Of a DNA stretch of 64,000 nt, positions 51,473-59,928 are shown in pieces; position 1 is the stretch's first letter, and the number at the start of each line of letters is the position of its first letter. The DNA is taken from positions 1,582-65,581 of the forward strand of contig JBBTHR010000019.1 of NCBI GenBank assembly GCA_038060295.1, read 5' to 3'. Source of the DNA: Candidatus Eiseniibacteriota bacterium (lineage in GTDB: Bacteria; Eisenbacteria; RBG-16-71-46; SZUA-252). Both the position numbers and the translations under genes were made by a program. The notes under the pieces were generated by a model. That model was not told the origin of the DNA. It ran no database searches and saw only the letters and a list, made by a program, of their open reading frames with translations.

Positions 51473-52438
51473 CTAGCCTCCGATGCTCTGGATCTGGAGC
51501 CGGCGGGGGTCCTCGAGACCGGCGAGAACCGCGTTCCGTTCCGGCTTCGATGCCACGGCCCGGGCGAACGCGTCGCGGAGCGCATCGTCGCCGGCCCCCG
51601 CCGCGAGCAGGGGGACCAGGTCGACCTCCCGCGCGGAGAAGAGGCAGGGGCGGAGCGTTCCCCAGGCGGTGAGCCGCATCCGGCGGCACCCGTCGCAGAA
51701 GGGCTCGGACATCGTCGGGATGAACCCCAGACGCGCGCCCTCGTCGGTGACGAAGCGCGTCGCCACGCCCTCCGGCGCGAGGGGACGAAGCGCGCGCACG
51801 CGGCCGAGGCGCTCGCGCATCGTCCGAGCGCTGAGGAAGAGCCCCGGACTCCAGCCCGTGCCGCCGAGGGGCATGAACTCGATGAACCGCACCTCCACGT
51901 CCCGATCCGCGGCGAAGCGCGCGAAGTCGTCCAATTCGTCCGCGTTCCAACCGTCGAGCGCCACGGTGTTGATCTTCACGTGGTAGCCGAGTTCGCGGGC
52001 GAGTTCGAACGCGCGGAGCGTCGCCGCGAGATCTCCTCCGCGCGTGATCCGTTCGAACCGGTCGGGCCGCAGGCTGTCGATCGAGAGATTGATGCGGCGA
52101 AGGCCCGCGCTGTAGAGCGTCGCCGCGAACCGATCCAGACGACTCCCGTTCGTCGTGATCGAGAGATCCTCGATCCCCGGGAGCGAGCTGAGCCGCTCGA
52201 CGAGCGCGATGATGTCGCGGTACAGGAGCGGTTCGCCGCCGGTCAGCTTGATCTTCCGAACGCCGAGGCCGACGCCGACGGCCGCCAGGCGGAGGAACTC
52301 ATCGGTTTCGAGGTATCGGCGGGCCGGTCCCGGAGCGGGCCCGGGAGGGGGAGCGCAGTAAACGCAGCGGAAGTTGCAGCGGTCGGTGACCGAGATGCGG
52401 AGGTAGTCGATGGTTCGCCCGAATGAATCGACCAGCAT
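51473..52438 (-). CDS. moaA: GTP 3',8-cyclase MoaA (radical SAM)
   Basis: DYLRISVTDRCNFRCVYC and a C-terminal FCDGCRRMRLTAWGTLRPC. Confidence 0.85.
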   Translation of the reverse strand: MLVDSFGRTIDYLRISVTDRCNFRCVYCAPPPGPAPGPARRYLETDEFLRLAAVGVGLGVRKIKLTGGEPLLYRDIIALVERLSSLPGIEDLSITTNGSRLDRFAATLYSAGLRRINLSIDSLRPDRFERITRGGDLAATLRAFELARELGYHVKINTVALDGWNADELDDFARFAADRDVEVRFIEFMPLGGTGWSPGLFLSARTMRERLGRVRALRPLAPEGVATRFVTDEGARLGFIPTMSEPFCDGCRRMRLTAWGTLRPCLFSAREVDLVPLLAAGAGDDALRDAFARAVASKPERNAVLAGLEDPRRLQIQSIGG

Positions 52439-52525
52439 CGATCGCCTCCCGACTCCCGATCCCACGATTGGCACCCGGCGGCCGGTGCAAGCCGGATCGC
52501 CGGCCCAGCCGCCATCTGAACCATC

Positions 52526-52531
52526 TATAAT
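52526..52531 (+). promoter_or_regulatory. Perfect TATAAT hexamer 47 nt upstream of the mocA ATG, in the divergent moaA/mocA intergenic region
   Basis: Direct read. No good -35 hexamer lies at 17 bp spacing. Confidence 0.2.
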
Positions 52532-52577
52532 ACAGCACGACAGGGCAGCCACCCACGTACCCCGGAGCGATCACGAG

Positions 52578-53183
52578 ATGCCGGTTGGCGGCGTGGTCCT
52601 GGCGGCGGGCAGCTCCGCCCGGATGACTCGGCCCAAGCTGCTCCTCCCCTTTAGGGGCAAGCCCCTGGTCTGCCATGCCGTCGCGTGCATGGCCGGGGCG
52701 CCGGTCGCGCCCGTCGTCTGCGTCCTGGGCCACCACGCCCGGGACCTGGAAGCAATACTACGCTCGTACCCCTTCCCACAGCCCCTCCTCCTCCGGAACA
52801 ATGACGACTACCAGTCGGGACGCGCCTCTTCCGTGCGGACAGGGATCGAATCGCTGCCCGAGGAGTGCGCCGCCGCGGTCTTCCTCCCGGGGGACATACC
52901 GCTCCTCCGCTCGGAGGATGTCGCCGCGCTCGTGGCGCGGTTCGAGCGTACCGGCGCGTCCGTCGTCGTGGCGGTGGACGAGCAGGGGGAGCGGGCACAC
53001 CCCGTTCTCTTCGCGCGCGATCTCTTTCCGCGCCTCGCGGCGCTGTCGGGAGACGAGAGCGGCCAGGGGCTGATCCGGGAATACTGGGCGCAAGCCGAGA
53101 AGGTGACCGTGTCGCGATCGCGTTGCGTGGACGTCGACACCGAAGAGGACTACCGGCGCCTCCTCGCCGGGGAGGAAGGCTGA
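52578..53183 (+). CDS. mocA: MobA-like nucleotidyltransferase, probably MocA (Mo-MCD synthesis)
   Basis: GGVVLAAGSSARM...KLLLPFRGKPLV. Its position ahead of xdhC and the CoxL-type subunits supports the call. Confidence 0.65.
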   Translation: MPVGGVVLAAGSSARMTRPKLLLPFRGKPLVCHAVACMAGAPVAPVVCVLGHHARDLEAILRSYPFPQPLLLRNNDDYQSGRASSVRTGIESLPEECAAAVFLPGDIPLLRSEDVAALVARFERTGASVVVAVDEQGERAHPVLFARDLFPRLAALSGDESGQGLIREYWAQAEKVTVSRSRCVDVDTEEDYRRLLAGEEG

Positions 53184-53184
53184 G

Positions 53185-54024
53185 GTGCGGGACTTCTACG
53201 ATCGTGTCACCCGACTGCTGACGGAACACGTCTCCTTCGCGGTCGCCACCATCGTCAAGGTGGGCGGGTCGAGCCCGCGCGATCTCGGCGCGAAGATCAT
53301 CGTATTCCGGGCCGGCACGGTGGAGGGAACGCTGGGGGGCGGGAAACTCGAAGCCCAGGTGATCCGCGACGCGCTGGAATGCCTCGGCCGGCGTTCCGCC
53401 GCGACCAAGTCGTACTGGCTTTCCGACGAAGGGCTTGGAATGAAGTGCGGCGGCACGGTCGAAGTCTACTTCGAACCGGTCACTCCCGCGGCGCGACTCG
53501 TGATCTTCGGAGGCGGCCACGTGGGCCGCGCCATCGCGCGCCTGGCACCGTCGGCCGGCTTCGATGTCGAAGTCGTGGACGACCGCCCCGAGCACCTCGA
53601 CGCCGCGGCGTATCCCCCCGGAGTCCGGCTTCGGCCCACCGATCCGGAATTTCGCGACGGGTTCGAACCCCTTTCTTCCGAGGACTACGCCGTCGTCGTC
53701 ACGCGCGACGCGGCCACGGACGCCGCCCTCGCGGGCCGCCACGCACCCCACTGCGCCTATGTCGGCGTGATGGGGAGCCAGGCCAAGCGGGCCTACATGG
53801 AGCGCACGCTGGCCTCGACGGGAATCTCGAAGCAGGTCTTCGCCCGTGTGCGCTGCCCGATGGGTGTCGACATTGGGGCGGACACGCCGGAGGAGATCGC
53901 CGTGAGCGTCGTGGCCGATCTGATCTCCCTCCGCGCTTCGCGGCGGTCGTCGGCCGCCAAGGCCGCGGGCGAAGCCTCCCCTCGCAAGACGCGCGCCACC
54001 GGGAAGAAGCGGGTCGTCCGATGA
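53185..54024 (+). CDS. xdhC: XdhC/CoxI-family molybdenum hydroxylase maturation factor
   Basis: The XdhC_CoxI N-domain (FAVATIVKVGGSSPRDLGAKII) plus the Rossmann C-domain (LVIFGGGHVGRAIARLA). Confidence 0.75.
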   Translation: MRDFYDRVTRLLTEHVSFAVATIVKVGGSSPRDLGAKIIVFRAGTVEGTLGGGKLEAQVIRDALECLGRRSAATKSYWLSDEGLGMKCGGTVEVYFEPVTPAARLVIFGGGHVGRAIARLAPSAGFDVEVVDDRPEHLDAAAYPPGVRLRPTDPEFRDGFEPLSSEDYAVVVTRDAATDAALAGRHAPHCAYVGVMGSQAKRAYMERTLASTGISKQVFARVRCPMGVDIGADTPEEIAVSVVADLISLRASRRSSAAKAAGEASPRKTRATGKKRVVR

Positions 54025-54833
54025 AGCCAATCGCGGTCGTTCGAGGAGCAGGAGACCTCGCCACGGCCGTCGGCCGAAGGCTTCATCTCTGCGGCTTCTC
54101 CGTCGCCCATCTCGAGATCGCCCAGCCCACCGTCATCCGCCGCACCGTCGCGTTCGCATCGGCCGTGTTTCGAGGGCAAGTCACGGTCGAAGGCGTGGAA
54201 GCCGTCTTGGCTCCGGACGTCGCCGCGGCGCGATGGCTCCTGGAGCAGGGAAGAGTCGCCGTGCTCATCGATCCCGAAGCGGCAAGCATCGAGTCGCTCC
54301 GACCTGTCCTGGTCGTCGACGCCATCCTCGCCAAGAGGAACCTGGGGACGCGCCTCGACATGGCCCCGCGCGTCGTGGCCCTCGGCCCCGGTTTCGAGGC
54401 TGGCGTGGACGTTCACGCCGTGGTGGAAACCTGCCGCGGACACGATCTGGGACGGGTCTACACGTCGGGCGGGGCGCGGCCAGACACCGGTGTTCCGGGC
54501 GCGATCGGAGGCGTCGGCGCGGAACGGGTCCTCCGCGCCCCGGCGGATGGCACGATTCGCCCGTCGAAAGACATCGGGCAGATGGTCAAGCCCCAGGAGC
54601 TCGTCGCCGAAGTCGACGGCGTGCCGCTCCGATCGACGATCGGCGGCGTGCTTCGCGGGATACTCCACTCCGGCCTTTCTGTGTTCAAGGGCCAGAAGGT
54701 GGCCGACGTGGATCCCCGCGGAGACCCCTCGCTCTGCTTCACGATTTCCGACAAGGCCAACGCGGTCGCGGGCGGTGTTCTCGAAGCGGCATTTCGCGAG
54801 GGCGCCGGTCGGTCCCTTGTGACCATGGAGTGA
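54021..54833 (+). CDS. Second Rossmann-type accessory protein, resembling YqeB/EF2563-family molybdenum-hydroxylase system proteins
   Basis: MKPIAVVRGAGDLATAVGRRLHLCGFSVAHLEIAQP. The ATG overlaps the xdhC stop (ATGA). The family assignment is from memory of the N-terminal pattern and is not verified. Confidence 0.45.
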   Translation: MKPIAVVRGAGDLATAVGRRLHLCGFSVAHLEIAQPTVIRRTVAFASAVFRGQVTVEGVEAVLAPDVAAARWLLEQGRVAVLIDPEAASIESLRPVLVVDAILAKRNLGTRLDMAPRVVALGPGFEAGVDVHAVVETCRGHDLGRVYTSGGARPDTGVPGAIGGVGAERVLRAPADGTIRPSKDIGQMVKPQELVAEVDGVPLRSTIGGVLRGILHSGLSVFKGQKVADVDPRGDPSLCFTISDKANAVAGGVLEAAFREGAGRSLVTME

Positions 54834-54839
54834 ACTGAC

Positions 54840-55715
54840 ATGGCGATGCCGGCATTCCAGTTTCATCGTCCCCGCCGACTCGAGGATGCCCTGGCCCTCC
54901 TCGGCGACGCGGGAGCGGACGGGCTGGCGAAAGCGGGAGGCACCGATGTGATGGTGCTCCTGAAGCACGCCGCGGTCGCGCCGCGAGTGATCGTGGGGTT
55001 GTCGGCCCTGCCGGAGCTGAAGGGGATTCGCCTGGAGAATGGCGCCGTCTCGATCGGCGCCGGCACGACCATCGCGGAACTGGAGTCGGATCCGCTCCTG
55101 ACCCGCCACGCGCGTGGCCTCGTCGACGCCGCTCACCGCATGGCGACGGTGCAGATCCGCACGGTCGCCACCGCCGGGGGCAACCTGGCATCCGCCGCGG
55201 CCTGCGGCGATCTGGCGCCGGTCTTGATCGCCCTCGGGGCCACGCTCCACCTCCGCTCCTCGCGCGGGAAGCGCGTCCTGCCGCTATCCGATTTCTTCAC
55301 CGGCCCGCGCACGACGGTGCTTGCTCCCGGAGAGCTCATCACGCGCCTTCAGATCCCGGCCGCGGAGCCCGGGGCCGCTTCCTCCTATGTGAAATTCGGC
55401 TATCGCGGTGGCTCGCAGATCGCCGTGGTGTCGGCGGCCGTGTCGCTCGTCCACGAGAATGGAGCGGCGAAGCGGGTTCGCCTCGTTCTCGGGGCGGTGG
55501 CGCCGGTTCCGTTCAGCGTCAAGGGCGCCTCCGTTCTGGTGGGGCGTCCGGTCGAAGGGCCCGCGCTCGACGCGGCGTGCGCCGCGGCGGCCTCCGAGTG
55601 CCGTCCGATCTCGGACATCCGCGGCAGCGAGTCCTATCGGCGAGCCGTGGTCCCGGTCATCGCGCGCCAGGCACTGGAGCTGGCGTGGCGGCGGAGCAGA
55701 GGAATTGAATCCTAA
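54840..55715 (+). CDS. Molybdenum hydroxylase FAD-binding (medium, CoxM/XdhB-like) subunit
   Basis: GGTDVMVLLK...IGAGTTIAELE...TAGGNLASAAACGDLAPVLIALGA. Confidence 0.8.
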   Translation: MAMPAFQFHRPRRLEDALALLGDAGADGLAKAGGTDVMVLLKHAAVAPRVIVGLSALPELKGIRLENGAVSIGAGTTIAELESDPLLTRHARGLVDAAHRMATVQIRTVATAGGNLASAAACGDLAPVLIALGATLHLRSSRGKRVLPLSDFFTGPRTTVLAPGELITRLQIPAAEPGAASSYVKFGYRGGSQIAVVSAAVSLVHENGAAKRVRLVLGAVAPVPFSVKGASVLVGRPVEGPALDAACAAAASECRPISDIRGSESYRRAVVPVIARQALELAWRRSRGIES

Positions 55716-58557
55716 CGTCGAGCAGAGCCGGACAACGGCGACCGAAGCGACGGAAATCCTCCTCAGGCTCCGCGTGAATCGGCGCGACGTCTCGGTGGCC
55801 GCGCGCCCGAACGCGACCCTTCTCTCCGTCCTGCGGGACACGCTCCAGATGACCGGCACCAAGTGCGGCTGCGGCGAGGGAGACTGCGGAGCCTGCACCG
55901 TGCTCCTCGACGGCGAACAGGTGAACTCCTGTCTCTTCCTCGCGGCGGAGGCGCAGGGGACCGAGATCACGACGATCGAGGGCCTGTCCCCGAATGGCGC
56001 CCTCCATCCGGTTCAGAAGGCGTTCGTCGAGACCGGTTCGATCCAGTGCGGTTTCTGCAGTCCCGGAATGATCCTGTCGGCGAAGGCGCTCCTCGATCGA
56101 AATCCCGACCCGACCGACGAGGAAATCCGGAACGCGCTCGCCGGAAACCTCTGCCGCTGCACGGGGTACGTGCGGATCTTGGAAGCGGTGCGGCGCGTGG
56201 CGCACCCCGAGCTGCCGCGGCGCGTGGAGGAGGGCGAGAGCGACGACACCTTCTCCGTCGTGGGGAAGAGCGTTCCCAAGAAGGACGCCGCCGACAAGGC
56301 GACGGGGAAGGCGACCTACACCGGCGACTTCCGCCTCCCCGGGATGCTCCGTGGGAAGCTGCTCGGGAGCCCGCATCCCCACGCCAAGATTCTCTCCGTG
56401 GACACCAGCGAGGCGGAAGCGCTCCCCGGCGTCCACGCGGTCATCACGGCGAAGGACGTCCCGGACGTTCCGTACGGCGTGAGCCCGGCCCGTTACGACG
56501 AGCAGGTGCTCGCCGGCGACCGGGTCCGCCACGTGGGCGACGCCGTCGCTGCCGTGGCCGCCGAGGACGACGACACGGCGGAACGCGCCCTGGAGCTGAT
56601 CCGCGTCGAGTACGAGATCCTCCCCGGCGTCTTCGGGATCGAGGAGGCGCTCGACCCTGGCGCGCCGCAACTGCACGACGCCTATCCGCGGAACATCAAC
56701 ACCGAGATCCATCACGATTTCGGCGACGTCGACAAGGCGTTCGCCGAGGCGGACCTCGTCCGGGAGGACGTCTTCCGGGGCCAGCGGGCCATGCAGATCC
56801 CGCTTGAGCCGCACGTTTCGCTCGCGCGCGTCGAGTCGGACGGCCGCATCACCATCTGGACCGCGAACCAGGCGCCGCACTACGTCCAGCATCAGCTCTC
56901 GCGCGTGCTGGACGTGCCGATGGGCCGGATCCGAGTCGTGAAGCCGGCCATGGGGGGTGGATTCGGCGGAAAGGCCGAGGCCACCAGCCTCGATTTCTGC
57001 TCCGTGATCCTGGCGAAGAAGACGGGACGCCCCGTGCTCATGGAGTTCTCCCGGAAGGAGACCTTCCTGCACGGCCGGGGACGCCACGCGCAGGTCATCC
57101 GGCTCAAGACGGGCGTGCGCAAGGACGGCACGCTCCTCGCGGTCCAGGCGGACATCACGCTCGACGGCGGGGCCTATACCAGTTTCGGAATCATCACCTC
57201 GTACTATTCGGGCGTCATGCTCACGACGCCGTACCGCCTCCCCAACTTCCGGTTCGACGGGAAGCGCGTCTACACGAACCTCCCGGCCTGCGGGGCGATG
57301 CGAGGAAACGGCACGCCACAGCCGCGATTCGCCTTCGAGAGCCAGCTCGACCTGATCGCCGCGGATCTCGGCCTCGATCCGATCGAATTGCGACGGCGGA
57401 ACGCGCTTCACACGAACGATCTCACGGTGAACGAGTTCCAGATCACTTCGTGCGAGTTCCAGCAGTGCCTCGATCTCGTGGAGGAACGATCGGGCTGGAA
57501 GGAGAAGCGGGGAAAGCTCCCCTTCGGGAAGGGGATCGGAATCGCCTGCGGCTGTTTCATCTCGGGCGCGGGGTACCCGATCTACCGGAGTTCGTTCCCC
57601 CATTCCTCGGCGATCGTGCGACTGAGCGAGGACGGTACCTCGGCCATGGTCTTCGCGGGCGCCCCCGACATCGGCCAGGGATCCGACACGGTCCTTTGCC
57701 AGATGGCCGCGGAGGAACTTGGCCTGCGCTACGAGGACGTGAGCATCATCTCGAGCGACTCGGCCGTCACTCCGACCGACCTCGGGGCCTACGCGTCGCG
57801 CATCACCTACTTCGCGGGCAACGCGGTTCGAGACGCCGCGGCCGCCGCGAGGCGCGCCGTGGCGGAGGTCGTGGCGGAGGAGTGGGGCCTTCCGGTGGAG
57901 GAAGTCTCCTTCCGGAATGGGCATTTCCACTCGCCGGACGGCTCCAGAACCCGCTCGATCCAGGAGGCCGCCGCGCTTGCCTTCGGCAGGCGCGGACCGG
58001 TCGTCGGCAAGGGGGAGTATTCACCACCGCCTCTCGGGGGAAAATTCAAGGGGGCTCCGATCGGAACGTCGCCGGCCTACTCCTTCTGCGCGCAGGTGGC
58101 GGAAGTCGAAGTCGACACCGAGACCGGCACCGTTCGGGTGACCGACTTCTACGACGCCCACGACTGCGGAACCGTCATCAATCCCATGAACCTCCACGGA
58201 CAGGTGGAGGGATCGCTGGTCATGGGGATGGGCGAGAGCCTCTGGGAAGAAGTGATTCACAAGGACGGCAGGATCGTGAATCCGAACCTGCACGACTACC
58301 TGATCCCCACGGCCGCCGACGCGCCGCGCATCCATTCGTTCGTCGTGAAGTCGTACGACCCGGGTGGCCCGTTCGGCGCCAAAGAGGTCGGCGAAGGGGC
58401 GTCGCTCCCCGTGATGGGGGCGGTGGCCAATGCCGTGGCGAACGCGATCGGCGTCCGCCTGACCGAGTTGCCGATCACGCCGGAGAAGGTGCTGCGCGCC
58501 CTGGGAAAGATACCCCCGGACGCGGAGGGCCCCGGCACGGCGGTCTGTCGACTGTGA
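55705..58557 (+). CDS. Fused [2Fe-2S] small subunit plus molybdopterin-binding large subunit of a xanthine-oxidase-family hydroxylase
   Basis: The TTG start has an AGAGGAA SD upstream. The N-terminal ferredoxin domains (CGCGEGDCGACTV and CGFCSPGM...CRCTGY) continue directly into the Mo-cofactor domains. The protein is about 950 aa. The first 99 codons of the track ORF 55408-58557 are frame read-through over the FAD subunit. Confidence 0.8.
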   Translation: MNPNVEQSRTTATEATEILLRLRVNRRDVSVAARPNATLLSVLRDTLQMTGTKCGCGEGDCGACTVLLDGEQVNSCLFLAAEAQGTEITTIEGLSPNGALHPVQKAFVETGSIQCGFCSPGMILSAKALLDRNPDPTDEEIRNALAGNLCRCTGYVRILEAVRRVAHPELPRRVEEGESDDTFSVVGKSVPKKDAADKATGKATYTGDFRLPGMLRGKLLGSPHPHAKILSVDTSEAEALPGVHAVITAKDVPDVPYGVSPARYDEQVLAGDRVRHVGDAVAAVAAEDDDTAERALELIRVEYEILPGVFGIEEALDPGAPQLHDAYPRNINTEIHHDFGDVDKAFAEADLVREDVFRGQRAMQIPLEPHVSLARVESDGRITIWTANQAPHYVQHQLSRVLDVPMGRIRVVKPAMGGGFGGKAEATSLDFCSVILAKKTGRPVLMEFSRKETFLHGRGRHAQVIRLKTGVRKDGTLLAVQADITLDGGAYTSFGIITSYYSGVMLTTPYRLPNFRFDGKRVYTNLPACGAMRGNGTPQPRFAFESQLDLIAADLGLDPIELRRRNALHTNDLTVNEFQITSCEFQQCLDLVEERSGWKEKRGKLPFGKGIGIACGCFISGAGYPIYRSSFPHSSAIVRLSEDGTSAMVFAGAPDIGQGSDTVLCQMAAEELGLRYEDVSIISSDSAVTPTDLGAYASRITYFAGNAVRDAAAAARRAVAEVVAEEWGLPVEEVSFRNGHFHSPDGSRTRSIQEAAALAFGRRGPVVGKGEYSPPPLGGKFKGAPIGTSPAYSFCAQVAEVEVDTETGTVRVTDFYDAHDCGTVINPMNLHGQVEGSLVMGMGESLWEEVIHKDGRIVNPNLHDYLIPTAADAPRIHSFVVKSYDPGGPFGAKEVGEGASLPVMGAVANAVANAIGVRLTELPITPEKVLRALGKIPPDAEGPGTAVCRL

Positions 58558-58609
58558 TCGCGGGAAGGGGCGGAACGGCCGCCCTCAGACCGCGGCGCGA
58601 GGAGAGGCC

Positions 58610-59875
58610 ATGATCGAACCCGCGGCATCGGACCTGATCTACGAGTGGAACCAAGGGAACGATCCCGGAGACCGCCCGGCCGGAGTGGTGGAGGTCGCCG
58701 ACGAGACGCTCCGAGACGGGCTCCAGTGTCCCTCCGTGGCGGATCCGTCCATTGAGCAGAAGATCCAAATGCTCCATTTCCAGGCGCGCCTCGGCGTGCA
58801 CGGGGTGGATCTCGGACTGCCCGGCGCCGGCCCGCGTGTCCAGGCTTCGGTGCTCGCCCTGGCCAGGGAGATGGTCTCCGCCAAACTGCCCATGGAGCCC
58901 TACTGCGCGGCGCGGACGCACGTCGCCGACATCGACCCGATCATCGACGTGGTGCAGAAGACCGGGCTCGCGATCCACGCGGCGACCTTCCTCGGCTCGA
59001 GCCCCATTCGCCACTACGCCGAAGGGTGGGATCTGGACCGGCTCCTGAGGACGACGGAGGAGGCGGTCGGTTATGCGGTCCGGCACGGTCTCCAGGTCAT
59101 GTTTGTGACCGAGGACACGACGCGGGCGAAGCCGGAGATGCTCCGTCAGATCTACACGGCGGCGATCCATGCCGGTGCGAATCGAATCTGTGTCGCCGAC
59201 ACGGTCGGCTACGTGACGCCGCAGGGCATCACACGGCTGATCCGGTTCATTCGCTCCGTCGTGGATGCGACGGGTGCGAAGATCCCCATCGATTTCCACG
59301 GGCACCGGGATCGTGGCCTCTGCATCGCCAACGTGCTCGCGGCCTTCGCCGCCGGAGCCGACCGGGCGCATGGGACGATCCTCGGCATCGGCGAGCGGGT
59401 GGGGAACGCGCCGCTCGATCTTCTCCTGATCAATCTGAAGCTCCTCGGATGGCTCGACCGGGATCTGACGGCGCTGCCGGAGTATTGCGACCTGGTCTCG
59501 CGCGCCTGCGGCGTGCCGATCCCGCCGAGCTACCCGGCGTTCGGTCGGGACGCGTTCCGCACCGCGACGGGTGTGCACGCGGCGGCCGTGATCAAGGCGA
59601 AGAAGAAGGGGGACGCGGCCCTGGCGGACCAAGTCTACTCGAGCATCCCGGCCAGCATGCTGGGACTCACACAGGTGATCGATGTGGGACCGATGTCGGG
59701 CGAATCGAACGTGGTCTACTGGCTGGAGCATCACGGGTACGAAGCCGACCGCCCTCTCGTGGAGCACCTCTTCCGATTGGCGAAGGAGCGGGATCGCGTC
59801 TTCGAGAGCACGGAGTTGGAGGCGGCAATCGCGAAATTCCGCGCGTCGCGGAGCGTCGCGGGGTCGGCGTCATAG
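58610..59875 (+). CDS. HMGL-like / 2-isopropylmalate-homocitrate synthase family (DRE-TIM metallolyase) protein lacking the LeuA regulatory domain
   Basis: VEVADETLRDGLQ...IDFHGHRDRGLCIANVLAAFAAGADRAHGTILGIGERVGN (the HxH metal site). Confidence 0.7.
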   Translation: MIEPAASDLIYEWNQGNDPGDRPAGVVEVADETLRDGLQCPSVADPSIEQKIQMLHFQARLGVHGVDLGLPGAGPRVQASVLALAREMVSAKLPMEPYCAARTHVADIDPIIDVVQKTGLAIHAATFLGSSPIRHYAEGWDLDRLLRTTEEAVGYAVRHGLQVMFVTEDTTRAKPEMLRQIYTAAIHAGANRICVADTVGYVTPQGITRLIRFIRSVVDATGAKIPIDFHGHRDRGLCIANVLAAFAAGADRAHGTILGIGERVGNAPLDLLLINLKLLGWLDRDLTALPEYCDLVSRACGVPIPPSYPAFGRDAFRTATGVHAAAVIKAKKKGDAALADQVYSSIPASMLGLTQVIDVGPMSGESNVVYWLEHHGYEADRPLVEHLFRLAKERDRVFESTELEAAIAKFRASRSVAGSAS

Positions 59876-59928
59876 GTCGAGAAGTGTCGCCGGATCGCGG
59901 GGGGCGAACACAACTGGAGGAACGACAG

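Noticed and set aside
52439-52577. GC palindromes (ccggcggccgg and others) in the moaA/mocA intergenic region as operators.
   Set aside because: Short GC-only palindromes are expected by chance at this base composition. Only the TATAAT is noted.
55408-58557. 1049-aa ORF suggesting a longer FeS-Mo protein.
   Set aside because: The first 99 codons overlap the FAD subunit in another frame and are Arg-rich. A TTG with an SD at 55705 matches the CoxS-type N-terminus.
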